A stretch of 64,000 nt of DNA, from contig CM060731.1 in assembly GCA_030704615.1 (NCBI GenBank), positions 83,576,001-83,640,000 of the forward strand. Direction: 5' to 3'. Below are positions 1-11,859 of the stretch, one piece after another (within the stretch, counting starts at the first letter, position 1; each line of letters begins with the position of its first letter). The notes under the pieces are model-generated. The model was not told the DNA's origin. It worked only from the letters and a program-made list of their open reading frames with translations, and ran no database searches. This DNA is from Takakia lepidozioides. Taxonomy: Eukaryota; Plantae; Bryophyta. The position numbers were made by a program, and so were the translations under genes.

Positions 1-26
1 CTGCGTCTGAGGGAGAGACAGACGAC

Positions 27-3000
27 ATGGAGGAAGATGTTGACACTGGCCTCATGAAGAATCTGACTACGGGAAAGAGGAAGGGGGAGAGGCTCACCTA
101 CATAGTCGGCGAAGAGAGCAGCCCGAAGCGGAAAGGGTCCCCGGCAATTGGGGAGTCTTCTCGAGTAGCCACGAAAAAGGTAAAATCTACAGGACCCACA
201 TTTGTGAAGAATTCGGCCTTCAAGGGCAGGTATTTGAGAAAGAAAGAACCATTCAGTGGCAGCTCAAACAGTGTGCGTTGCCGCACACTGTTTGAGCTGC
301 ACATGACACTGTTTAAGGGTGCAAAATTCTTCCTTCAACGACACCTTTCTGAGGATGAAATGAACCCTTCACTTCCAGCTCAAACAGTGTGCGGCAACGC
401 ACACTGTTTGAGCAGATCTTTTCAATGTTTTAGGGTGCAAAATTTGGCCTTGCAGTCAGTTATCTGCGGGTGAAATGAACCCTTCACTGCCAGCTCAAAC
501 AGTGTGCGGCAAAGCACACTGTTTGAGCTGAACATTTCAATGTTTTAGGGTGCAAAATTTGGACTTCAGGGGCACCTATCTGAGGATGAAATGAACCCTT
601 CACTGCCAGCTCAAACAATGTGCGTTGCCGCACACTGTTTGAGCTGAATGTTTCAATGTTTTAGGGTGCAAAATTTGGACTTTAGGGGCACCTATCAGAG
701 GATGAAATGAACCCTTCACTGTCAGCCCAAACAGTGTGCGGCAACGCACACTGTTTGAGCTGAACATTTCAATGTTTTAGGGTGCAAAATTTGGACTTCA
801 GGGGCACCTATCTGAGGATGAAATGAACCCTTCACTGTCAGCCCAAACAGTGTGCGGCAACGCACACTGTTTGAGCTGAACATTTCAATGTTTTAGGGTG
901 CAAAATTTGGACTTCAGGGGCACCTTTCTGAGGATGAAATGAACCCTGCACTGCCAGCTCAAACAGTGTGCGGCAACGCACACTGTTTGAGCTGAACATT
1001 TCAATGTTTCAGGGTGCAAAATTTGGACTTCAGGGGCACCTATCTGAGGATGAAATGAACCCTTCACTGTCAGCCCAAACAGTGTGCGGCAACGCACACT
1101 GTTTGAGCTGAACATTTCAATGTTTTAGGGTGCAAAATTTGGACTTCAGGGGCACCTATCTGAGGATGAAATGAACCCTTCACTGTCAGCCCAAACAGTG
1201 TGCGGCCGCACACTGTTTGAGCTGAACATTTCAATGTTTCAGGGTGCAAAATTTGGACTTCAGGGGCACCTATCTGAGGATGAAATGAACCCTTCACTGT
1301 CAGCCCAAACAGTGTGCGGCAACGCACACTGTTTGAGCTGAACATTTCAATGTTTTAGGGTGCAAAATTTGGACTTCAGGGGCACCTATCTGAGGATGAA
1401 ATGAACCCTTCACTGCCAGCTCCAACAGTGTGCGTTGCCGCACACTGTTTGAGCTGAATGTTTCAATGTTTTAGGGTGCAAAATTTGGACTTCAGGGGCA
1501 CCTATCTGAGGATGAAATGAACCCTTCACTGTCAGCCCAAACAGTGTGCGGCAACGCACACTGTTTGAGCTGAACATTTCAATGTTTTAGGGTGCAAAAT
1601 TTGGACTTCAGGGGCACCTATCTGAGGATGAAATGAACCCTTCACTGTCAGCCCAAACAGTGTGTGTTGCCGCACACTGTTTGAGCTGAACGTTTCAATG
1701 TTTTAGGGTGCAAAATTTGGACTTCAGGGGCACCTATCTGAGGATGAAATGAACCCTTCACTGTCAGCCCAAACAGTGTGCGGCAACGCACACTGTTTGA
1801 GCTGAACATTTCAATGTTTTAGGGTGCAAAATTTGGACTTCAGGGGCACCTTTCTGAGGATGAAATGAACCCTTCACTGCCAGCTCAAACAGTGTGCGGC
1901 AACGCACACTGTTTGAGCTGAACATTTCAATGTTTTAGGGTGCAAAATTTGGACTTCAGGGGCACCTTTCTGAGGATGAAATGAACCCTGCACTGCCAGC
2001 TCAAACAGTGTGCGGCAACGCACACTGTTTGAGCTGAACATTTCAATGTTTTAGGGTGCAAAATTTGGACTTCAGGGGCACCTATCTGAGGATGAAATGA
2101 ACCCTTCACTGCCAGCTCAAACAGTGTGCGGCCGCACACTGTTTGAGCTGAACATTTCAATGTTTTAGGTGCAAAATTTGGACTTCAGGGGCACCTATCT
2201 GAGGATGAAATGAACCCTTCACTGTCAGCCCAAACAGTGTGCGGCAACGCACACTGTTTGAGCTGAACATTTCAATGTTTTAGGGTGCAAAATTTGGACT
2301 TCAGGGGCACCTTTCTGAGGATGAAATGAACCCTGCACTGCCAGCTCAAACAGTGTGCGGCAACGCACACTGTTTGAGCAGATCTTTTCAATGTTTTAGG
2401 GTGCAAAATTTGGTCTTGCAGTCAGTTATCTGAGGGTGAAATGAACCCTTCACTGCCAGCTCAAACAGTGTGCGGCAACGCACACTGTTTGAGCTGAACA
2501 TTTCAATGTTTCAGGGTGCAAAATTTGGACTTCAGGGGCACCTATCTGAGGATGAAATGAACCCTTCACTGTCAGCCCAAACAGTGTGCGGCAACGCACA
2601 CTGTTTGAGCTGAACATTTCAATGTTTTAGGGTGCAAAATTTGGACTTCAGGGGCACCTTTTTGAGGATGAAATGAACCCTGCACTGCCAGCTCAAACAG
2701 TGTGCGGCAACGCACACTGTTTGAGCAGAACTTTTCATTGTTTTAGGGTGCAAAATTTGGCCTTCCAGGCACATATCTGAGGGTGAAATGAACCCTTCAC
2801 TGCCAGCTCAAACAGTGTGCTGTAACGCACACTGTTTGAGCAGAACATATCAATATTTAAGGGCGCAACATTCGGCCTTCATGGGCAGATATCTGTGGAT
2901 GAAATGAACCCTTCACTGTAGCTCAAACAGTGTGCGGCAACGCACACTGTTTAAGCTGAACATTTCAATGTTTTAGGGTGCAAATTTGGACTTCAGGGGC

Positions 3001-6000
3001 ACATTTCTGAGGATAAAATGAACCCTTCACTGTCAGCTCAAACAGTTTGCGGAACCGCACACTGTTTAAGCAGAACATATCAATATTTAAGGGCGCAACA
3101 TTCGGCCCTCATGGGCAGATATCTGAGGATGAAATGAATCCTTTACTGCCAGCTCAAACAGTGTGCGGCAACGCACACTGTTTGAGCAGAACTTTTCAAT
3201 GTTCTTTCCCTGTGAAAATCGGCAACATAGGGCAGGTCCGTGAGGATCAATGAACACTTACCTGGCAGCTCAAAGAACACTTACCTGTTTGATCCCACTT
3301 TTTCATGCATCAGTCGACGTTTCATGCCTCTCTTATAAGAATTTGAGTGAACAACCTTGCAGGAGAAAATGCAAAGTGTGGCGGATGAGGTCCCTTCAGG
3401 TCAGGGGAAGGAGACCATAGTTGATGTTGACGATGAGTTTTATGAAAGCAAAGCCGCTGAGATGCTGGGGGGTCAAAAGGTGAACTCTCAGCTTGTGGTG
3501 CAAAGTATGCTTGCTCCTGGTGGGAGGTTGAAGATTCCCCTGTGTAGGTTGGTTTCCATGCCCGTCGTTCGTCCACCCCTTGTCAAAGACATTCTCAAGC
3601 TGGAGGCCGAGTTTGTTCATGGGTATTTGGATGGATCCGCAGTCTTTTACGTTTCTACTAGGGATTCTAGAGGTAACGAGCTCCTTGTGGATGAGTCAAT
3701 CGTCGACTCCTGGGACCCCATTTGGAGACAGGTGAACGAATCCTTCGAACTTCTTCTCTCCAGGAAACCTTCCACCCAGGTATTCTCAGGGAAGATGTTT
3801 CACGTTTGGGATGGCAACCACCGGTTGCTTGCATGGATGGCTGTCATTGGGAGGCTGCACTCACAGGAGGAAGAGTGGCATTACTCTGTTCGATCGATGG
3901 TGCTTGATTGTGACGACAACATGATGGGTCTTCTGACGGCAATGAATGATGTGAACAGGTTGGTTTCTCATTGTACATGTTGCACTTCTGGTTCCGTTCT
4001 TCCTTGATTCAAGTCCTTGAATTACATTCTGAAATTCAGATATCATTCTGCAGAGGGACGGAGACATCGCATGTCAAAACGAGTCTGGTTCACACACTGT
4101 ACAGGATACAAAGGATCGGGCAGATGCCCTTGACCAACTTCAAGACCATCCTTTCGGCAGAGATGTATAAGAAATGCGAAAGCTCCAAGACATCGGAAAC
4201 GTGGTACTCGTTGACCCGTGAGGCTTTCATGGAGTACATGTACACGGTGAGATACATCTTCCTTCATCTGGCCTTTCCATATTCCTGCTTCCACATGTTT
4301 GTTTCTGTCTGTCTCCCTTGACCTTGGATTGATGCAACTCTCTTGCATTCCCTTGCAGCAAGACATTGCAGATGCAGGGGAGCGTGGCAAACTGGAATAC
4401 TACAGCTCTACCCCTGAGGAGAGAAGGACAGCAAAGGGGGTTGAAAGTCACATCCAGAAGGAGATGAACGCTACAAGAAGGACAATAATGAGTGCTTTTG
4501 TGAAGCAGTTGAGAATTGCCGACCCATCATTCGGGCCGCAGTTTCTCCTGGAGATAAAAAACCATTATAACAAGCCAGGCAAGCCAGAGATGGCCCAGGA
4601 GAAGTTGCACAGGTTGTCTACCGCCGTCGTGTCTTCTGAACAGAAGGTGAAGTGGCTACAGATATGGAACTCCGATCCCACAGTTAGGGATACCCACATG
4701 TTCCCAAGGCCAGAGAAAGAGAAGAAGACCCAGCGTGTCGTTCCTGTCAGTGACAATGTGCTGGACACCTGGCTTCACAAGGCCACTTACTGGAGCCAGG
4801 TGTGATGTCCTCTCGTATCTCACTTTCTTTTCTCTTTTCCTGTCCTTCTCTTCCCATTGCCTCTTACATTCGCTGTGATTGTTTTTGGGTTCATTCTTCC
4901 ATTTCAATTGTTTTGCAGTTGGAAGAAAGGGCCCGATCGGTTCTGCATACTCAGCTGGCTGACTATGGCATCACTATGACAGCTCCGAAGGTCTCCTTCG
5001 AAGCATACATGAGGAAATGGAGAGCCACAGTGTGGCACTCTTGTTTCTTTAGAGAGTTCAGCAAGGAGGGTGGCATCAGTCGAACAAATGAGCTTGACCA
5101 GCAGGAAAAAGGAGAGGAAGCCTGGAAACGATGCCTTTACAGGTGCACACCCTTGCACTCTTTACTTCTGTTGTGGTTGCAATGTGTTGTGTGGCATACT
5201 GTTTAAGGGGGTCTTCCTGGTGTGATGAAAAAGCTGGGACACAATATGTGCATTGGAAAATGAGGCTGTGTCTGTTCCTGCAGGTACATTAAGTTTGTTC
5301 TCTTGGAAGAGAATTGCTTGGACAAACATCCAGATTTCGTGGACCTTTGGCTTGTCCCTGCTGGCAACCAGACCATGTTCACTGCTGGGATCTTGCATGA
5401 CTGGGGCCCAGACCATCTTTCTTCTTGTGGTTGGTATTTGGATTGCCCTCCTTCAGAGACCCCAGCTGTAGAGGTGTCTTTGAGGAGAGAGAATGACCGT
5501 ATTGCAGCCACTGCCGCAGCAGCGGACCTCGACATTCATGAGCGTAATCTGAGGACTCTTGCAGAGAAGGAGCCTCCCGCTCAGGATACCCCGGGTAGAG
5601 GAAGAAAGGCAAAGGGAAAAGATGTTGCTGGTGTTGTGGGGAAGGGAAGGGGTAGAGGGAAGGTGGCACAAGGGCAGGGAAGTGTTGCAGCTATTGGCCC
5701 TGTGGAGCATGTCCAGCAGACTCCACCGCATGGTAGGGGATCCGGGAGAAAAAACAAGGGGGTGGTTGATCCCAAGGACCCGTACCATGCAGTGGAACAT
5801 CCCACGAGGGTCATTCGCCCAACCAGGTTGGAGATTGCCAACGTCGGGTTCCTTGCCATGATGGAGTCGAAGAAATCTGATTACAAGGGCGAGCCATCAC
5901 CAGTGTGGGAGAGGATTGTCGAGTTCCTCAGCACGGTGCGTGTTCTCTTTGGGTTCTGTGGCTTCTGCTCTCTTTGTCTGCTGTGGGCATGGATCGTTTA

Positions 6001-7481
6001 TAAACTTGTCAGAATTCCATTTATTTTTGTTTGCAGGCTAAAATGACCAAATCGTGGGTGAACGGGAAGGAGAAGCCATATGCAGCCGAACTCATCATCT
6101 TGGACATCCCTGATGGGTTGGCAGTCCCGGATATCCCTCCATCGGGTGCTTGTCCGGGTTGGAATGCATTTGATGAGCGCTACTGGCGGTGGGTTTTTTC
6201 CTTTTGCAACTTCTTCCTTTCCGATGCAGGTGTTTTGGTGCTCATCCAGTCCATCGATGTTCGGTGTCGCCGTGCCCTTGCCAGCTATTTGAAAGCCTCG
6301 GGCATGAGAGTCGTGAAGACATGGAATTGTGTGAACAGCATGTACCTTACGAAGGGGGATCGTCCGGGAGAGATGGTGAGTTTCCCTTCTTCTTCCTCTT
6401 CTTTTTTGTTCTGGGATTGTGTTGTATAGGTCGCTCGAACTCATATGTAGGGGCCCGATTTTTTTTTGGTTCTTAGTTCCTTGTGGATGTCATGTTCGCA
6501 GACTCGTCTGTTTGAAGCTGTTTGTCTCGTCCGGGTGCATCCACCAACGACTCCGGCCGGCATTACGGAGTTTGCCATCACTCACGGGGGCAAGTTCATA
6601 GATGACAGGACAGATCCTCCCACGGATGACATGCATCACAACTACGTCGACAGCAACGTGTGCTTGCGAAGGGGGAATGGGGTTCCTTGGAGAGGGGCGA
6701 GGGAGAGGAGCCCGGCTTTCATTCAAACGATTGTGGAGTGCTGCACCTACACAGACGCCAGAGTTCTGGATTTGTCGATGGGCACAGGTTCGTCTCTTCA
6801 ACATTCACATTTCATGAGGTTTGATTGAGCTTGCACTTTCAGCACTTTCCACCGTTCCGAATGTGTCTTCAATGTCTGCTTACTTCATTCTATTCCACTG
6901 CAGGTGCTTCGTACCACGCTTGCAAGGCCAGTGCGCGACATCTCTTTGGGATTGAAGGGGATGCTGAGATTTACAAGAACCTCCTGATGGGTTTGGGTGG
7001 ACACACTTCTCAAGTCCTTCCGAAGCCCCGTCCCGCTGATACTGATACAGAGGAGACTTCTGACAAGGAGCTGGACTCCGACTTTGCCTGTGAGTAAGTT
7101 CAACCTGTGCATGCTTGCATTGTTGTTTCAATATCGAGAATCGCTGTTCTTGAGGCAAAGTGCACATGGGAGACATCCTCTTCGTTGGACTTGTGCATTG
7201 CATCATTGTGTTAAAAATGGGATTTTGTGGACATGTGTAGGAGTCCGCGTGCTTCCACTTGCCCTCCTGGGCTATCACACCTATTTGGACTTGTTTTCAG
7301 TCCTCCTCGGTCTTGTGTGCTACCTGTCTATGCGGAGGCACTCGCAGCAAGCATGTCCGTTCATGGCACTCAGAGTCCACCTTGCGATGGCCTTCGTAGA
7401 ACACGTGGTGTTGGGGCCAGAATCTTTGTAGATGACATAGCACAGGAGGTGGACACTGATTGTGATGACTGCGACACTTGA
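27..7481 (+). CDS. Multi-exon (~10 exons, >1000 aa) ParB/Srx-like + beta-class amino-DNA-methyltransferase-like fusion protein, copy 1; 5' end may lie upstream of the window
   Basis: GT-AG introns join in consistent phase. Approximate exons: <27-179, 3363-3958, 4054-4246, 4359-4799, 4919-5142, 5284-5935, 6037-6375, 6502-6787, 6904-7093, 7240-7481. ParB-like motifs: LKIPLCRL..R, WDGNHRLLAW, AMNDVNR. MTase motifs: ELIILDIPDG (IV), ERSPAFIQTIVECCT (X), RVLDLSMGTGAS (I), RHLFGIEGD (II). Confidence 0.8.
250..3200. repeat. Intronic tandem array, ~116-bp unit, ~26 copies, each with the 36-bp palindrome GCTCAAACAGTGTGCG-GCAA-CGCACACTGTTTGAGC
   Basis: Hairpin starts read at 262, 378, 493, 609, 725, 841, 957 and onward to ~3152. 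The array lies between the donor at 180 and the acceptor at 3362. Confidence 0.95.
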
Positions 7482-7839
7482 TATGAAGTCTTCTTTTGGT
7501 TTAATTCTGGGACAAATTTGAAATGGGATGGTTGTGTGTCCTTATTGTCCTGTTTGCAATGTGTGCGTGGAATTCACATTCATGGTTCCAAACTATTGTT
7601 GGAGATGGGGGTTGCATGGACTGCCCGGATTGTTCCTTCAATATATTTGTTGTTTTGTGGACCTCACAGACTTGAGTACATTGCAAAAACAAACAAACCA
7701 CTTTGGTTCGTTTACATCATTCTCGCATCATTTGCTAGTACGTCCCCAAACCATTCCTGCTAGAAGAATGGTTGGTGAATCCATCACGGTGAAGTCCACC
7801 TCATCAAAGACTGTTCAGGCATTCTCAATTCTCCCCACA

Positions 7840-7993
7840 TCAACCCGCGGAAATAGGTTACACCACTCGGAAATAGGTGACATCCGCGGAAATAGGCACT
7901 GTTTGCATGCTGACGTGGCGTGAGCCTGTGCTGGGCTCACGCTTTCCTGGGCTCACAGGCTCACGCCTCCAGGCTCACGGAATAGCACCCCCC
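7840..7993. repeat. Terminal/subterminal motifs of element A
   Basis: Three CGGAAATAGG copies, TGACGTGGC at 7911, clustered GCTCAC/GTGAGC, and the terminal GCTCACGGAATAGCACCCCCC. Confidence 0.7.
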
Positions 7994-8053
7994 TGCCTCA
8001 AGAAGAGTGATTCTCGATATTGAAACAACAATGCAAGCATGCACAGGTTGAAC

Positions 8054-11000
8054 TTACTCACAGTCAAAGTCGGAGTCCAGCTCCTTGTCGGAAGTCTCCT
8101 CTGTATCAATATCAGCGGGACGGGGCTTCGGAAGGACTTGAGAAGTGTGTCCACCCAAACCCATAAGGAGGTTGTTGTAAATCTCAGCATCCCCTTCAAT
8201 CCCAAAGAGATGTCGGGCACTGGCCTTGCAAGCGTGGTACGAAGCACCTGCAGTGGAATAGAATGAAGGAAGCAGACATTGAAGACACATATGGAACGGT
8301 GGGAAGTACTGAAAGTGCAAGCTCAATCAAACCTCATGAAATCCAAATGTTGAAGAGACGAACCTGAGCCCATTGACAAATCCAGAACTCTGGCGTCTGT
8401 GTAGGTGCAGCACTCCACAATCGTTTGAATGAAAGTCGGGCTCCTCTCCCTCGCCCCTCTCCAAGGAACCCCATTCCCCCTTCGCAAGCAGACGTTGTTG
8501 TCGACGTAGTTGTGGTGCATGTCATCCGTTGGAGGATCTGTCCTGTCGTCTATGAACTTGCCCCCATGAGTGATGGCGAACTCCGAAATGCCGGCCGGAG
8601 TCGTTGGTGGATGCACTCGGACGAGACAAACAGCTTCAAACAAACGAGTCTGCGAACAACACATTCAGAAGGAACTAAGAAGCTTAAAAAATCAGGCCCC
8701 TACATATGAGATCGAGCGACCTATACAACTCCATCCGAGAACCACCAAGAAGAGGAAGAAGAAGGTAAATTTACCATCTCTCCCGGACGATCCCCCTTCG
8801 TAAGGTACATGCTGTTCACACAATTCCATGTCTTCAGGACTCTCATGCCCGAGGCTTTCAAATAGCTGGCAAGTGCACGGCGACAGCGAATGTCGGCGGA
8901 CTGTATGAGCACCAAAACACCTGCATCGGACAGGAAAAAATTGCAAAAGGAGAAAACCCACCGCCAGTAGCGCTCATCAAAAGCATTCCAACCCGGACAA
9001 GCACCCGATGGAGGGACATCCGGGACTGCCAACCCATCAGGGATGTCCAAGATTATGAGTTCGGCTGCATATTGCTTCTCCTTCCCGTTCACCCAGGATT
9101 TTGTCATTTTAGCCTGCAAACAAAATTACAATGGAATACTCAAGAGGATTGAAACGATCCATGCCCACTGCAGAGAAGATGCAAAAGAGAACACGCATCG
9201 TGCCGAGGAACTGTACAATCCTCTCCCACACTGGTGATGGCTCGCCCTTGTAATCAGATTTCTTCGACTCCATCATGGCAAGGAATCCGACGTTGGCCAT
9301 CTCCAACCTGGTAGGGCGAATGACCCTCGTCGGATGTTCCACTGCATGGTACGGGTCCTTGGGATCAACCACCCCCTTGTTCTTTCTCACGGATCCCCTA
9401 CCATGCGGTGGAGTCTGCTGGACATGCACCACTGGGCCAATATCTGCAACACTTCCCTGCCCTTGTGCCACCTTTCCTCTACCCCTTCCTTTCCCCACAA
9501 CACCAGCAACATCTTTCCCCTTTGCCTTTCTACCTCTACCCGGGGTATCCTGAGCGGGAGGCTCCTTCTTTGCAAGAGTCCTCAAATTTCGCTCATGAAT
9601 GTCGAGGTCGGCTGCTGCGGCAGTGGCTGCAATTCGCTCATTCTCTCTCCTCAAAGACACCTCCGGAGCTGGGGTCTGAGAAGGAGGGCAATCCAAATAC
9701 CAACCACAAGAAGATAGATGGTCTGGGCCCCAGTCATGCAAGATCCCAGTAGTAAACATAGTCTGATTTCCAGCAGGGACAAGCCAGAGGTCCATGAAAT
9801 CTGGATGTTTGTCCAAACAATTCTCTTCCATGAGAACAAACTTTATGTACCTGCAGGAACAAAGACAGCCTCATTATGCAATGCAATTATTGTCTCTCAG
9901 TTTTTCCATCACATTCCCCTTAAACTGTATGCGTCACAGTACATTGCAACCACAGGACACCAAGTAAACTGAACTGCCCAGAGAGTGCACCTGTAAAGGC
10001 ATCGTTTCCAGGCTTCCTCTCCTTTTTCTTGCTGGTCAAGGTCATGTGTTCGACTGATGCCACCCTCCTTGCTGAACTCTCTAAAGAAACAAGAGTGCCA
10101 CACTGTGGCTCTCCATTTCCTCATGTATGCTTCGAAGGAGACCTTCGGTGCTGTCATAGTGATGCCATAGTCAGCCAGCTGAGTATGCAGAACCGACCGT
10201 GCCCTTTCTTCCAACTGCAAAACAATTCAAATGCAAGAATGAACCCAAAAAAATCACTGCGAATGTGAGAGGCAATGGAAAGAGAAGGACAGGAAAAGAG
10301 AAAAGAAAGTGACACAGGAAAGGACAACACACCTGGCTCCAGTAAGTGGCCTTGTGAAGCCATGTGTCCAGCACATTGTCACTGACTGGAATGACACGCT
10401 GGGTCTTCTTCTCTTTCTCCGGCCTGGGGAACATGTGTGTATCCCTAACTGTGGGATCGGAGTTCCATATCTGTAGCCACTTCACCTTCTGTTCTGAAGA
10501 CACAACGGCGGTAGACATCCTGTGTAACTTCTCCTGGGCCATCTCTGGCTTGCCTGGCTTGTTATAATGGTTTTTTATCTCCAAGAGAAACTGCGCTCCG
10601 AATGATGGGTCGGCAATTCTCAACTGCTTCACAAAAGCACTCATTATAGTCCTTCTTGTAGCGGTCATCTCTTTTTGGATGTGAGTTTCAACCCCTTTTG
10701 CTGTCCTTCTCTCCTCAGGGGTTGACCTGTAGTATTCCAGTTTGCCACGCTCCCCTGCATCTGCAATGTCTTGCTGCAAAGGAATGCACGAGAGTTGCAT
10801 GAACCGAAGGGCAAGGGAAACAAACAGAAACAAACATGTGGAAGCAGGACTATGGAAAGGGCAGATGAAGGAAGATGTATCTCACCGTGTACATGTACTC
10901 CATGAAAGCCTCGCGTGTCAACGAGTACCACGTTTCCGATGTCTTGGAGCTTTCGCACTTCTTGTACGTCTCCGCTGAAAGGATGGTCTTGAAGTTGGCC

Positions 11001-11770
11001 AAGGGCATTTGCCCGATCCTTTGTATCCTATACAGTGTGTGAACCAGACTCGTTTTGACATGCGATGTCTCCGTTCCTCTGCAGAATGATATCTGAAAGT
11101 CAGAATGAAATTCAAGGACTTTAATCAAAGAACCAAGGAACTGCAAGTGGAACAGGTAGAATGAGAAACCAACCTGTTCACATCATTCATTGCCGTCAGA
11201 AGACCCATCATGTTCCCCTCACAATCCAGCACCATCGATCGAACAGAGTAATGCCACTCTTCCTCCTGTGAGTGCAGCCTCCCAATAACAGCCATCCATG
11301 CAAGCAATCGGTGGTTCCCATCCCAAACGTGAAACATCTTCCCCGAGAATGCCTGGGTGGAAGGTTTCCTGGAGAGAAGAAGTTCGAAGGATTTGTTCAC
11401 CTGTCTCCAAATAGGATCCCAGGAGTCCACGATTGACTCATCCACAAGGAGCTCATTGCCTGTGGAATCCTTTGTACAAACGTAAAACACTGCGGATCCA
11501 TCCAAATACCCATGAACAAACTCGGCCTCTAGCTTGAGAATGTCCTTGATGAGGGGTGGTCGAACGACGGGCATGGAAACCATCCTACACAAGGGAATCT
11601 TCAACTTCCCACCCGGGGCAAGCATACTTTGCACCACAAGCTGAGAGTTTACCTTCTGACCCCCAGCATCTCAGCGGCTTTGCTTTCATAGAACTCATCG
11701 TCAACATCAACAATGATATCCTTCCCCAGTCCCGAAGGGATCTCCTCCGCCACACTTTGCATCTTCTCCT
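8054..11770 (-). pseudogene. ParB-MTase fusion gene copy 2; first and last exons displaced by nested insertions
   Basis: Exon-by-exon near-identical translation to copy 1 (WDGNHRL, LDIPDG, VLDLSMGSG, LFGIEGD). Homology to copy 1 stops at 7994, inside the last intron. There is an apparent 1-nt frameshift near 11660. Confidence 0.85.
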
Positions 11771-11859
11771 GCAGGGTTGTCCATTCAAATTGACATAAGA
11801 GTGAGGCATTAGACGAGGGTGTTTGAGCATGGCAAACAGGCCATCTGTGGTAGAAAAGG

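Larger units (their letters stand above)
1..7993. mobile_element. MULE-like element A, partial; other end and transposase lie outside the window
   Basis: Contains the ParB-MTase gene and a palindrome array. Right terminus (reverse complement GGGGGGTGCTATTCCGTGAGC, ending at 7993) aligns with the termini of elements C and E. It abuts the truncated paralogue B at 7994. Confidence 0.75.

Noticed and set aside
885-2160. Short repetitive ORFs in the arrays (also 11941-13832 and 18366-20634)
   Set aside because: They are translations of tandem repeats, on both strands, with no coding signal.
3357-7481. Bacterial or phage contamination explaining the ParB and MTase domains
   Set aside because: The gene has multiple in-phase GT-AG introns shared among three copies and is embedded among plant transposons.
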